From NCBI GenBank assembly GCA_965649765.1, contig OZ287758.1, forward strand, positions 56,172,001-56,236,000: DNA of 64,000 bases, written 5' to 3'. The DNA comes from Bispira polyomma. Its lineage: Eukaryota. The position numbers were made by a program, and so were the translations under genes. Below the pieces are notes generated by a model. It was not told the origin of the DNA. It searched no databases and saw only the letters and a program-made list of their open reading frames with translations. Position 1 is the first letter of the stretch; every line of letters starts with the position of its first letter. This document shows positions 1-10,224 of this stretch, in pieces.

Positions 1-357
1 ATCAGCTACTATGTGTATCTCTGGTATCAGCTAGTATGTGTATCTCTGGTATCAGCTACTATGTGTATCTCTGGTATCAGCTACTATGTGTATCTCTGGT
101 ATCAGCTACTATGTGTATCTCTGGTATCAGCTACTATGTGTATCTCTGGTATCAGCTACTATGTGTATCTCTGGTATCAGCTAGTATGTGTATCTCTGGT
201 ATCAGCTACTATGTGTATCTCTGGTATCACCTACTATGTGTATCTCTGGTATCACCTACTATGTGTATCTCTGGTATCACCTACTATGTGTATCTCTGGT
301 ATCACCTACTATGTGTATCTCTGGTATCACCTACTATGTGTATCCATGTTATCAGCT
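1..357. repeat. 25-bp minisatellite (ATCAGCTACTATGTGTATCTCTGGT)n, ~14 copies, continues off the window start
   Basis: Exact 25-bp periodicity. The overlapping repetitive ORFs at 13-461 are by-products. Confidence 0.95.
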
Positions 358-1023
358 ACCTCTATAACAAAGTGATTTCAAGGTTCTCAACAGTACTTAT
401 CTCACAAAGTACTGAGACTTGTGGGTTCATATTTGGTACACGTGAACCGTTCACTACATAATTGATGACCATGTAATTATTTTGATGTGATTTCTCAACT
501 TCGCGCCTCAGAACAGCATTTTTGCCAGCTTCCTTTGCCAGTTTTGGGCCGAAATTCTTAATACAAGCATTATAGTTGCCAAGGATAATGGAAAAGCTTT
601 TATTTTTATGATTTTTTTCCAATTACAAATTTGTTTATCACTACTTAAGTGACCTGCCCCGACCCATTTAATGACCGCATTATTCGCCACAAATCTGACC
701 ATTTTGAAAAGCCTGGATGAAGTTCTGTGGTTGTTTACTGTTGGGCCCCAGTGGTTGTCTTTGTGGTATAATCAGAATTGTATTTTAGACAAAAGCTTAT
801 ATTATACTAATAGATATATATATGTACATATAAGGTTAAGAATAGCTGTATAGATTAGCTCTAAACTGTTTTGATAACACTGCCACAGACTGGTGTTAAA
901 CATTGTTAGTTTAAGAGCTTTAGTAAGTACTGTGAGTGTAGTTAGTACAACTTGCCTCTTTACTATGTTAGCACATATTTCTCATCTTTCTGCACAACAG
1001 TAGTGGTTTAGCATGCTCATCTG

Positions 1024-1533
1024 GGCCTGTGTATTCACTAAAGGTTTAATTCTTAGAAAACCCAGGATTGGATTGGTCGATTCTAAAAATGGTTAAGATG
1101 TTACTTAGCCTAAGAGAAAGACATGGCATTTTTTATAATTTTCCATCAAAATTAGTGCAAACGTATACTTACGTAGCAAACACTTATTTAGAGATAGAAT
1201 TTGATGATTATAAATTTGATGAAGAAATGGATCTATTTTACTAAAATTCTCTTAAGTTTCTGCTATTCTGAGATTTTAAGAAAAAGTCGTGAATTTTGGC
1301 ATTCACTAAAATTTTAGTCTCCATATTTGCAGAAGATAGTGTTGTAAACAGTAGTCACATGGCCATCATAAAACATATGTGGCCACATTTCTAATAGCTA
1401 AGAATTAATTCTTAGAATAAGAATTTTCTTAGCTAAAAATTGATTTGTTTCTTAGAATAAAGAAATTTTAGACTAGAAAGTTTTCTAATTCCAAGAAATA
1501 ATTCTTCGAGTAAGAATGTTAGAGAATACAGCC
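1024..1533. mobile_element. Putative MITE (non-autonomous DNA transposon) with imperfect TIRs
   Basis: Left end GGCCTGTGTATTCACTAA; right end reverse-complemented GGCTGTATTCTCTAA. AT-rich interior with repeated TTCTTAG/CTAAGAA motifs. No clear TSD. Confidence 0.4.
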
Positions 1534-1650
1534 TGACATTTTACTGGTAGTAGTTAAGTTCTACAAATGCAAATTACCTTATTGTCCCTTCAGTTCTGTG
1601 GTCTTATGTGTCAACCTTTGGATGACCTTGACCCCTGTTGTGTTCTGTAG

Positions 1651-1799
1651 GGCACATGGAGATCATCGACATACTGCTACAGAAAGGTGCAAGTGTCAAC
1701 GTGAAGGACAAGTTTGGCCTCACCCCTCTGATGCTGGCCGCAGCTAAAGGATTCCTGGATGTTATAAAGAACTTGGAAAGAAAGGGGGCCAGTTTTAAG
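1651..1799 (+). CDS. Internal exon of an ankyrin-repeat protein gene (GHMEIIDILLQKGASVNVKDKFGLTPLMLAAAKGFLDVIKNLERKGASFK)
   Basis: Ankyrin consensus (GH..I..LL.KGA.VN..D..G.TPL..AA..G). Acceptor ttctgtag| at 1650, donor |gttggt at 1800. Upstream exons lie outside the window. Confidence 0.9.
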
Positions 1800-1838
1800 G
1801 TTGGTGGGGGTCAGGTGCGTGGGGGTGGGCGCTAGCTT

Positions 1839-2068
1839 TAGGTATGGTCTCACCCCTGTGATGCTGGCAGTAGATAAACGGTTTCTGGATGTTATCAAGG
1901 ACTTGGAGAGGAAGGGGGCCAGTTGTAAGGTGTGCGAGTGTCTGGAGGTGGGGAGTGATGGGGGAGGGGCTAGCTCTGAGTTTGGTCTCACTCCTGTGAT
2001 GCTGGCAGCAGCCAATGGGGTTCCTGGATGTTATAAAAAACTTAGAGAGAAAAAGGGCCAGTTTTAAG
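1839..2068 (+). repeat. Two degenerate tandem copies of the 3' half of the ankyrin exon plus its donor region
   Basis: YGLTPVMLAVDKRFLDVIKDLERKGASCK|gt at ~1839-1929 and FGLTPVMLAAANG..., frameshifted, at ~1978-2068. Period ~130-140 bp. Confidence 0.85.
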
Positions 2069-2342
2069 ATGTATGGGTGGGTGTGGAAATCTTGATTAAA
2101 CTACAGCTTTATTCACAAGATGGGGCGAGTTTAATAGAAAACAAGACAGTCAAATTAGATCAGGTTTTTTCAGACATTCTTCAACTTCTGGTCCATCTCT
2201 TATGGGAACAATGGCTATAACAGTGCATGTGTTTGGTTGGTCTTGAGTGCATAAGTACTCCCCATTGACTACAGTTCAGCGAGTGTGTCTGTTCATGTAT
2301 GTAGGTACTACGCATTGACTGTAGAACAGTGTATCTCTTTAG

Positions 2343-2447
2343 GTCGTTAACATTGATGGGAAGTCATCCACAGACATCGCAGATGAGAATGAGAATGATG
2401 ACATTGTGCACTACATCCTGGGGAGGGATTACTACCAGATGTGTACA
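2343..2447 (+). CDS. Next exon of the ankyrin gene (VVNIDGKSSTDIADENENDDIVHYILGRDYYQMCT)
   Basis: Acceptor ctctttag| and donor |gtaagt. 105 bp, phase 0-0, continuous with the previous exon, and completes a terminal ankyrin-like repeat (DG.S..DIA......DIV.YI). Confidence 0.85.
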
Positions 2448-2628
2448 GTAAGTGCTATTCCTACCACCATTACTACCAGATGTGTACAGTAAGTGCTATT
2501 CCTAGCACCATTACTACCAGATGTGTACAGTAAGTGCTATTCCTAGCACCATTACTACCAGATGTGTACAGTAAGTACTATTCCTAGCACCATTACTACC
2601 AAATGTGTACAGTAAGTGCTATTCCTAC
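2428..2628. repeat. 41-bp minisatellite x5 spanning the exon/intron junction
   Basis: Unit ATTACTACCAGATGTGTACA|GTAAGTGCTATTCCTAGCACC starts at 2428, 2469, 2510, 2551 and 2592. Confidence 0.95.
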
Positions 2629-3066
2629 CCCCCTACCCCCTCATCTGACTGGGATTGATTTTTCGCTTGTTACAAATAAACAAGATGGATGCCATAGTCA
2701 CCAAGTTGAAACTTGTGGGTTTGTTAACATGGGTATAGCTTAGGATTGTGTCTGGCTCCATTACGATAAACAAGATGGCCAAAGTTGCTGCCAACGTGAA
2801 AATGGTTTCCATTCTTTTAAACGAAAAGTACTGTAGTTGTGGCTGCATTAATGCGGATTATATGTTTTTTTACAAAATAACTTGGCAAATGCAGGTTATA
2901 CACTGGTGCGGGTTTATATCTGTTCTATTTCAGGAAGGCAAATATCCCCCTCACAGGAAAACGTACAGCCCACCTTGTAAACCACAAGTTAACAAATGTA
3001 ATGCTCTCTCAAACGGTCTTCATCACATCTTGTTTACCACTTCCCGGTGTGACTACCAACAATGGG

Positions 3067-3878
3067 CTCCTAATACCACTCCTCACAAGGTCCTATTAAC
3101 TCTTTGTAACCTTGTTACCTACAAGAGTACCACTCCTGACAAGGTCTTTTTAAGCGTCCCGTAAGGGCGCCTGTTTGTATGCAGGAGAAAATTCATGTGG
3201 AATGGGCCGCCGGCTCCCGCCTTTTCTATTATTACCTACAAAAGTACCCCTCCTGACAAGGTCCTTTTAACTCTTTGTAACCATATTACCTACAATAGTA
3301 CCCCTCCTGACAAGGTCCTGTTAACTCTTTGTAACCTTGTTACCTACAATAGTACCACTCCTGACAAGGTCCTATTAATTCTTGGTAACCTTATTACCTA
3401 CAATAGTACCACTCCTGACAAGGTCCTATTAACTCTTGGTAACCTTGTTACCTACAATAGTACCACTCCTGACAAGGTCCTATTAACTCTTGGTAACCTT
3501 GTCACCTACAATAGTACTGGGCCGCGGTGGCCTAGGGGTTAGCAAGCATTGCGCTTCACAATCACGGGTCTCTCACCTCTGGGCGTTGTGAGTTCAAATC
3601 CCATCGATGCCCATGTGGGAAAGGTGGTCGTTCCTTACTGTTGGCCGCTGGTTTCAGTGCAGAACCTTGATCAACAGTATGCAGTGTTTCCTCCAGCATT
3701 TCCAACTACCCGTCCCAATATAACCTAAACAGGTACTAGAGTGGACGTTAAATATCCCAATTAAAAAAAAAACTACAATAGTACTCCTCTTGACAAGGTC
3801 CTATTAACTCCTAGTAACCTTGTTACCTACGATAGTACCACTCTTGACAAGGTTCTATTAACTCTTTGTAACCTTGTC
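3067..3878. repeat. 54-bp intronic minisatellite interrupted by a ~77-bp insert (3152-3228) and a SINE
   Basis: Unit TACCACTCCTGACAAGGTCCTATTAACTCTTGGTAACCTTGTTACCTACAATAG. Confidence 0.92.
3519..3772 (+). mobile_element. tRNA-derived SINE, full length, with 13-bp TSD
   Basis: GGGCCGCGGTGGCCTAG A-box-like head, GAGTTCAAATCCC B-box, oligo-A tail. TSD CTACAATAGTACT at 3506-3518 and 3773-3785. Five more copies of the family occur in the window. Confidence 0.92.
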
Positions 3879-3986
3879 AGTTTGATAGTTGTGTTATCAC
3901 AGACCTGTACACAAGTATCATGTTATCCTATACATAACAGTCAGCTTTTGTGAGAATACATGTCAGCGAGTGAGATTGTTTTGTAG

Positions 3987-4049
3987 AACTTTGTGCAGGG
4001 GGATTTGGTGAGATTGAGGGAAGAGCTCAGTCCTCAGCGTCTGGATGAT
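3987..4049 (+). CDS. Probable exon of the ankyrin gene (NFVQGDLVRLREELSPQRLDD); an alternative in-frame donor at 4086 is possible
   Basis: Acceptor ttttgtag|, phase 0 matching the previous exon, GC-richer than its flanks. Donors |gtaaga (4050) and |gtgagc (4086) are both phase 0. Confidence 0.6.
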
Positions 4050-4207
4050 GTAAGAGCAGGTGGCCAGGATGTGAGACGTCACCTTGTGAGCACCTGTAAG
4101 TAGTCACCTGATTAACACCTTGTAAGACACAATGTGTCACCTGATTAATACCTGTAAGTAATATAAATCTTCCGACTTTGCTTGTTCCCAGCTTATGACT
4201 ACTTCAG

Positions 4208-4308
4208 ACATGGCTCTGTAAAAAGGTTGTTTACTTTCCCAGATTCTGTGTGATGACAGGTATTCCCGCACTATGGGCCACTGTACAAACCAGATATAGC
4301 ATTTATAG
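4208..4308 (+). CDS. Possible exon (TWLCKKVVYFPRFCVMTGIPALWATVQTRYSIY)
   Basis: Pyrimidine tract plus acttcag| acceptor, open in phase 0, donor ag|gttagc in phase 2 compatible with the exon at 8774. No domain recognised. Confidence 0.5.
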
Positions 4309-4643
4309 GTTAGCATACTGAGACAAGTATTCCAGCACTATGGGCCACTGTACAAACCATATATAGCATTTAAAGGTTAGCATACTGAGACAGGTATTCC
4401 AGCACTATAGGCCGTTATACAAACTAGATATAGCATTTATAGGTTAGCATACAGAGACAGGTATTCTAGCACTATAGGCCGCTGTACAAACTAGATATAG
4501 CATTTATAGGTTAGCATACTGAGACAGGTATTCTAGCACTATAGGCCACTGTACAAACTAGATATAGCATTTATAGGTTAGCATACTGAGACAGGTATTC
4601 TAGCACTATAGGCCGCTGTACAAACTAGATATAGCATTTATAG

Positions 4644-7600
4644 TAGGGGTGCGACAGGGGGCCCGGTGTCCGAAAGACGATTCGGTTTGTTTACTGTACG
4701 GGTCCGCTATTACTACCTGGTTGTCCGTTTGTATAATAAACTCGCAAAGATTCCTCATAAAATACACCATACTATATACTTTTTAATAAAATATGTGAAA
4801 TCCCTTTATTTTTTATGTTTTACTGTCTTTATTTGGCCATTTAGCACTTTCAGTACCTTTAAGTATACCTGCGAAAAACCACACTTCCTGTTCCATTGTT
4901 ACCGTAAAATCCAAATCTTCTGCTATGACGTGGAGGTAGCTGGTAACCGATAATTTCATGACGTAAATTTTAGAAATCAATATCTCCACATGTTCTTTAT
5001 AATTTTATATTATATGGAATAGATTAGATTAGTGTTGAATCTGTTGATTAGATAAAATATAGATATGGAATCCAAGAGAAGTGATGTGTGGCAGTATTTC
5101 GAGGTGAATGAGGACAAGACAAGGACAAAATGTAGTCTTTGTGCTACATCTTTATCTTTCAAAGGTATGCTTTTGCTGTAAACTAATTTTTTAAGCTACA
5201 ATTTTGACATCAATAATTTCGATTTTCAAATTTGATTATCCAAAGATAGGAGTGAACTTAAATTTTTGCATTTTCAAGGGGGAAATACTTCCATTATGAG
5301 GAGTCACCTTACCTCTAAACATCCTGGGGTTCAGCTCAACAAAGACACATCCAGTGGAGTGAGTGGATCAGTAGGCAAGCAGTCTACCCTATCCTCTTTT
5401 GTTAAAAGAAGTACTACCTTGTCTGAGGCCCATCCGCAGGCGATCACAAAAAAAATTGCAATTATGTGTGCTTTAGACTTGAAGCCATTGAGTATTGTAG
5501 AGGGCCAGGGATTTAAGCAATTTGTAAATGCCTTAAATCCCCAGTATAGGGTTCCATGTAGAAAAACTGTCGGAAAATACTTGGAAATCATTTATAATCA
5601 AGAAAAAGAGTCCTTTGTAGAGAAGGTTGAGGATCAATGCCTGCCTTTAACGTCAGATTTATGGACAAGTACAGCCCTGCAGAGCTATATTACAGTTACT
5701 GGCCACTTCCTCTCTAGTGATTGGAAGTAAAATTCAAGTGTGGCTGCCACCCGTGTTGTTGAAGATAGACACACAGGTTCCAATATTGCCTCAGAGATTG
5801 ATCAAATTTGTAAAGAATTTAAGATACACCAGGTTTCCGCCATCGTCACTGACAATGCCAGTAACATGGGCATTGCTGCCAGAGAACTCAGCATTGCCCA
5901 TGTTCCTTGCTTTGCTCATACTTTGCAATTATCCATCGAGGATGGTCTTAAACTTCCTCAAATTTCAAAAACATTAGGGGCAGCCAGAAGGTTGGTAGGT
6001 CATTTTAGCCATTCTGTGTTGTCCACCAACGCATTAATTTCAAAGCAAGAGGGTGGTCAAAGGCTTAAGTTAGTTCAAGATGTTCCAACTCGTTGGAATT
6101 CCTCATATTTCATGATGGAACGCCTTTTGAAACTTCGTGTTCCACTTTATAGCGTAATTTTGGATGACTGCTTGACCAAGCCTGGTGACCGTGTCCGACT
6201 TGACCTGAAGAACGCTTTCTGGAAGGTCATGGAAGATATTTCCCCAGTTTTGGAACCTCTGGCTGATGTGACCGAGATTTTAGGGAATGAATTTAGCCCT
6301 ACAGGTAGCTCTGTGCATGTTTTACTGCAAAATATGATATCAAGTATTCTTAAGGCTTGTACAGAAGATTCAGGTGTTGTGAAAGATCTTAAATGTAAAA
6401 TTCGTGAAGGCCTTCAGAAAAGATTTAAACTAAATGGTGAGGGCATCCCTGATGATGTGATTATTTCTAACTCCCCTTTCCTCCGAGCTTCCATACTGGA
6501 TCCTCGGTACAAGTCTGTAATTGGCAGGGAATACGTTGCCTCCGGCTAAGTTTTCAAAATTGAAAGATCGGCTTCTAGAATTTTTGCATACAGTTGAGTC
6601 TGACCATGGTCAAGTTGTACAGTTAAAAAATGAAGAAGCTGCCAATGCTCCTGCTACCAAAAAGTTCAAAATTTTGGATATTATTAAAGGTGACAGTGAT
6701 AACAATTCAAATTATAGTATCTCTGTTGAGAAAGAGCTAGAAGAATACCTGGCTGAACCAGTACGAATGTCATGTCCTCTAGAATGGTGGACACAATATC
6801 AGAATAAATTTCCTAAACTTTCAAAACTTGCAAGAAAATACCTGGCAATACCTGCCACCTCAATGCGATCAGAAAGAACTTTTTCTACAGCAGGCCAAAC
6901 CATTACCAAATTAAGATCGGCCCTGGACTCAGAGACTGTTGACCAAATCATTTTTCTTAATCGCAATGCCAAACTTAAACTTCTAGGGGAAAAAGCTTGT
7001 ACCAGTGTTGAGGTTTTAAAGTTAGGAAGCTCAGGTAGAACCTTAGAAAGTGTTCAAGGTCAAGCTTTAGAAAACATTTTAACTGATGTAGTGACCACTG
7101 AGGTTAAGGAAGAACATGATGAAGACCTGCTAAAGTTTGACTGAATTTTGAAGAATTATATTTTATTGTAAAATAAACAAAAAGACAATAATGATGTTTG
7201 AACTTGTGCAGTTTAAAATTAAAAAGACAATAATGATGTATGAACTTGTGCGTTTTAAAATTAAAAAGACAATAATGTATGAACTATGAATTATGTATGA
7301 ACATATTACAATTTTTTTATTCTCTAAAATGTGGAGAATAGAGATAAATTCAGCTTTTGCAAGCACTTGTAATGCTTCAGGTACGATTTTTATGGTCACA
7401 TGAAATAAAACAATGTTTCTTTATTTTTTTTTATTTATTAATTTTATTTTGTCCTTACATCAATCTCTTACCTGTGGCAGAAAATACTAGTTTTACTGTA
7501 TTCTGTGTTATAGTATGTTCCCTCTTCATTTCCTGTTTCCATGGTGACACCAGTAAGTACTCTTTCTTGTGAATACTTATACAAGTCAATATGGCTTGTT

Positions 7601-7787
7601 TTACATACAGAAAGTACTGTATTTGGTGTGTTTCTTAGTTTTCTTTAACTTTTTCCACATTTAAGTAGGTTTTTATATTAATTTATATGTATATTACCAG
7701 CACACACTTTTTACGGTTACCCGGACCCGACTCGGTTTTTTGTACGCGGTTCCCCGAAGTAAGATATTTCGCCCCGTCTCACCCCTA
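4644..7787 (+). mobile_element. hAT-superfamily DNA transposon, full length (3144 bp)
   Basis: TIRs TAGGGGTGCGAC(A)GGGGC versus reverse-complemented TAGGGGTGAGACGGGGC. Perfect 8-bp TSD ATTTATAG (4636-4643, 7788-7795). Internal transposase. Confidence 0.96.
5065..7144 (+). pseudogene. hAT transposase (ZBED1/ZBED4-like: BED zinc finger, DDE, C-terminal dimerisation domain), two exons, disrupted
   Basis: Exon 1 at 5065-5164 reads MESKRSDVWQYF...CSLC; GT-AG intron 5165-5278; exon 2 completes the BED finger (HLTSKH). Motifs TSDLWTS, VTDNASNM, CFAHTLQL, TRWNS, LDPRYK, PLEWW, SERTFS. In-frame TAA at 5728-5730 and a frameshift near 6520-6545. Confidence 0.93.
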
Positions 7788-8332
7788 ATTTATAGGTTAG
7801 CATATTGAGTCAAGTATTCCAGCACTATGGGCCACTGTACAAACCAGATATAGCATTTAAAGGTTAGCATACTGAGACAGGTATTCCAGCACTATAGGTT
7901 GTTATACAAACCAGATATAGCATTTAAAGGTTAGCATACAGAGACAGGTATTCCAGCACTATAGGCCGTTACACAAACCAGATATAGCATTTATAGGTTA
8001 GCATACTGAGACAGGTATTCTAGCACTACGGGCCACTGTACAAACCAGATATAGCATTTATAGGTTAGCATACTAAGACAGGTATTCTAGCACTATGGGC
8101 CGCTGTACAAACCAGATATAGCATTTATAGGTTAGCATACAGAGACAGGTACTATGGGCCACTGTACAAACCAGATATAGCATTTATAGGTTAGCATACT
8201 GAGACAGGTATTCCTGCACTATGGGCTGCTGTACTGTGCCAGTAGTTACTTCAGTAGGGCGATTCCTAATGGTCGGTGTTGATAATTTCATCTAATCAAT
8301 ATATTCATATGCCCAAATCCAACATTGCCCTG

Positions 8333-8756
8333 GCCAGTCAATTGTCCCTACTTAATTAGTCTGTACTAGACCTCTGTTGTCCAGTCAATTGTCCCTACTT
8401 AATTAGTTTGTACTAGACCTCTGTTGTTCAGGCAATTGTCCCTACTTAATCGGTCTGTACTAGACCTCTGTTGTCCAGTCAATTGTCCCTACTTAATCAG
8501 TCTGTACTAGACCTCTGTTGTCCAGTCAATTGTCCCTACTTAATTAGTCTGTACTGAACCTCTGTTGTCCAGTCAATTGTCCCTACTTAATTAGTCTGTA
8601 CTAGACCTCTGTTGTCCAGTCAATTGTCCCTACTTAATTAGTCTGTACTAGACCTCTGTTGTCCAGTCAATTGTCCCTACTTAATCAGTCTGTACTAGAC
8701 CTCTGTTGTCCAGTGATTTGTCCCTACTTAATTAGTCTGTACTGAACCTTTGTTGT
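8333..8756. repeat. 47-bp minisatellite, ~9 copies, ending just upstream of a splice acceptor
   Basis: Unit CCAGTCAATTGTCCCTACTTAATTAGTCTGTACTAGACCTCTGTTGT. Confidence 0.95.
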
Positions 8757-8773
8757 TGATTTCTCTGTTTCAG

Positions 8774-8861
8774 TGCGGGATTTTCGTATAGACATCAACC
8801 AATTCCTGGTGGACCTAGGTTCAGGGCCAGTTCTGGAAGCTGTCGACATATAACCGTATAA
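8774..8861 (+). CDS. Probable last coding exon of the ankyrin gene (reading frame uncertain)
   Basis: Strong acceptor tttctctgtttcag| at 8773. The phase-2 reading gives (S)AGFSYRHQPIPGGPRFRASSGSCRHITV*, stop at 8859-8861. It is followed by AT-rich UTR-like sequence. Confidence 0.45.
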
Positions 8862-10224
8862 TTGTCACTACAAGGTCACCTTATCTTGAGCCTATTCAAA
8901 TAGGTTTGAGCCTATCTAGGTTTGGTTTTAATTTTTATTCAAAATACCCAGTGTTGTACGACACATGGCAATTCAATGAGGGTATTTGGTCAAGGTTTTC
9001 TGCTCTGCAAAGTACTTCTGCAAGTCTACTGCCAACTTCCCCACAATGGATGCCAGGATCAAAAACTGGGTAAAATTACCTGAACTGAGTGGACATTCGC
9101 ACCTGATAATCAGAACATTTCTCCTAAGAGGAACCTGGTCCCGTTTGGCAAATCCTGCGCAGGTATTTGGGATAGCCTGCATCGAGTTGGTATAGTTTCA
9201 GAAGTAACAAAATAGCTGTCTATTGCTTTGTACTATTTTACATGTTTGTTGGTCTATCCAGTATCTCCCTGGTATCCCACTTTTACAACACTCCCATTGA
9301 ATACACTCATGGCCTGATTCTCTGCAGCAAGTGACACAGTTTAATCGGATCAATGAACAACCTCAGAACTTCCTCTGAGCTTTTGGTTGTGTGGTACTGT
9401 GTGAGCGGAGTTTGGGGGATAGGGGGGAGGGAAAAAGAACATTTTGGAGTATGGAAGAAAAGACTATTAAAATAACGTTGACATTGTCAGAATGTTCAAT
9501 GATTACAGCAATGGATTCTAACACTATAACACACTGAAGTGAGCGTGTGTGTTTTCTATATTTAAATGTTTGGTAGTAGTAAAGTATTATCCTTGTATAT
9601 TTAAGTGTTTAGTAGAAGTAGTCCAGCATATCCTTGTATATGTAAGTGTACACAGACATGTGTGTATATCCCAGGGGATCTGTGTGTCACTCAGTGGTGA
9701 ATGTAACTGTAAATATTGAACATCACAACTAGATCTTCTTGTTTGTTAACTTTGGCACTTGGAGACATAGCCCCTGTTTTAAAAGCTTTCGACATATAAT
9801 CAATGGTATAGAGAAATATATACATTGTATGTGTGTATAACATTGTAAATACATTTGTATATATATATATCTATATATCCTTTACAGTGCCGATATGTAG
9901 TTTTGAGCCATTCTGGGTGTGCTTAATGCTAACTGAAAATCAGTATTTTTAAGTGATCATGTGTAATTTGAGACACTTTTTTTCAACCTTTCACAGTGTC
10001 GGCCGTTCTTTGTGGCAAAACAGTTTAGGGTATATATATTTTACGTGTAAAAATTTCCATTAACTTAACTTTTGTGGCACTTTCCTGTTATTTCCTTTGT
10101 ACATATATATATATATATATATACACAATAGTTTTAAAGAGTGTACATTATTGATGTCTGCAAGAGAATCCTTCATAAATACACGTTTTCATTAAGGTTT
10201 GTTTTGTACTTCCACTGACCTCCA

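Larger units (their letters stand above)
4255..8235. repeat. 67-bp minisatellite (~12-13 copies) split into 4255-4643 and 7788-8235 by the hAT insertion
   Basis: Unit GACAGGTATTCCAGCACTATGGGCCACTGTACAAACCAGATATAGCATTTATAGGTTAGCATACTGA on both sides of the transposon. Confidence 0.95.

Noticed and set aside
379-714. Small hAT-like MITE (CAAGGTTCTC ... GAAAAGCCTG)
   Set aside because: The terminal match is weak and there is no 8-bp TSD.
3519-3605. tRNA gene
   Set aside because: The A/B boxes belong to a SINE head followed by a body, an A-tail and a TSD, and the family has multiple dispersed copies.
1-8756. CRISPR-like arrays
   Set aside because: All arrays (25, 41, 47, 54 and 67 bp) are head-to-tail with no unique spacers. 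The context is eukaryotic and there are no cas genes.
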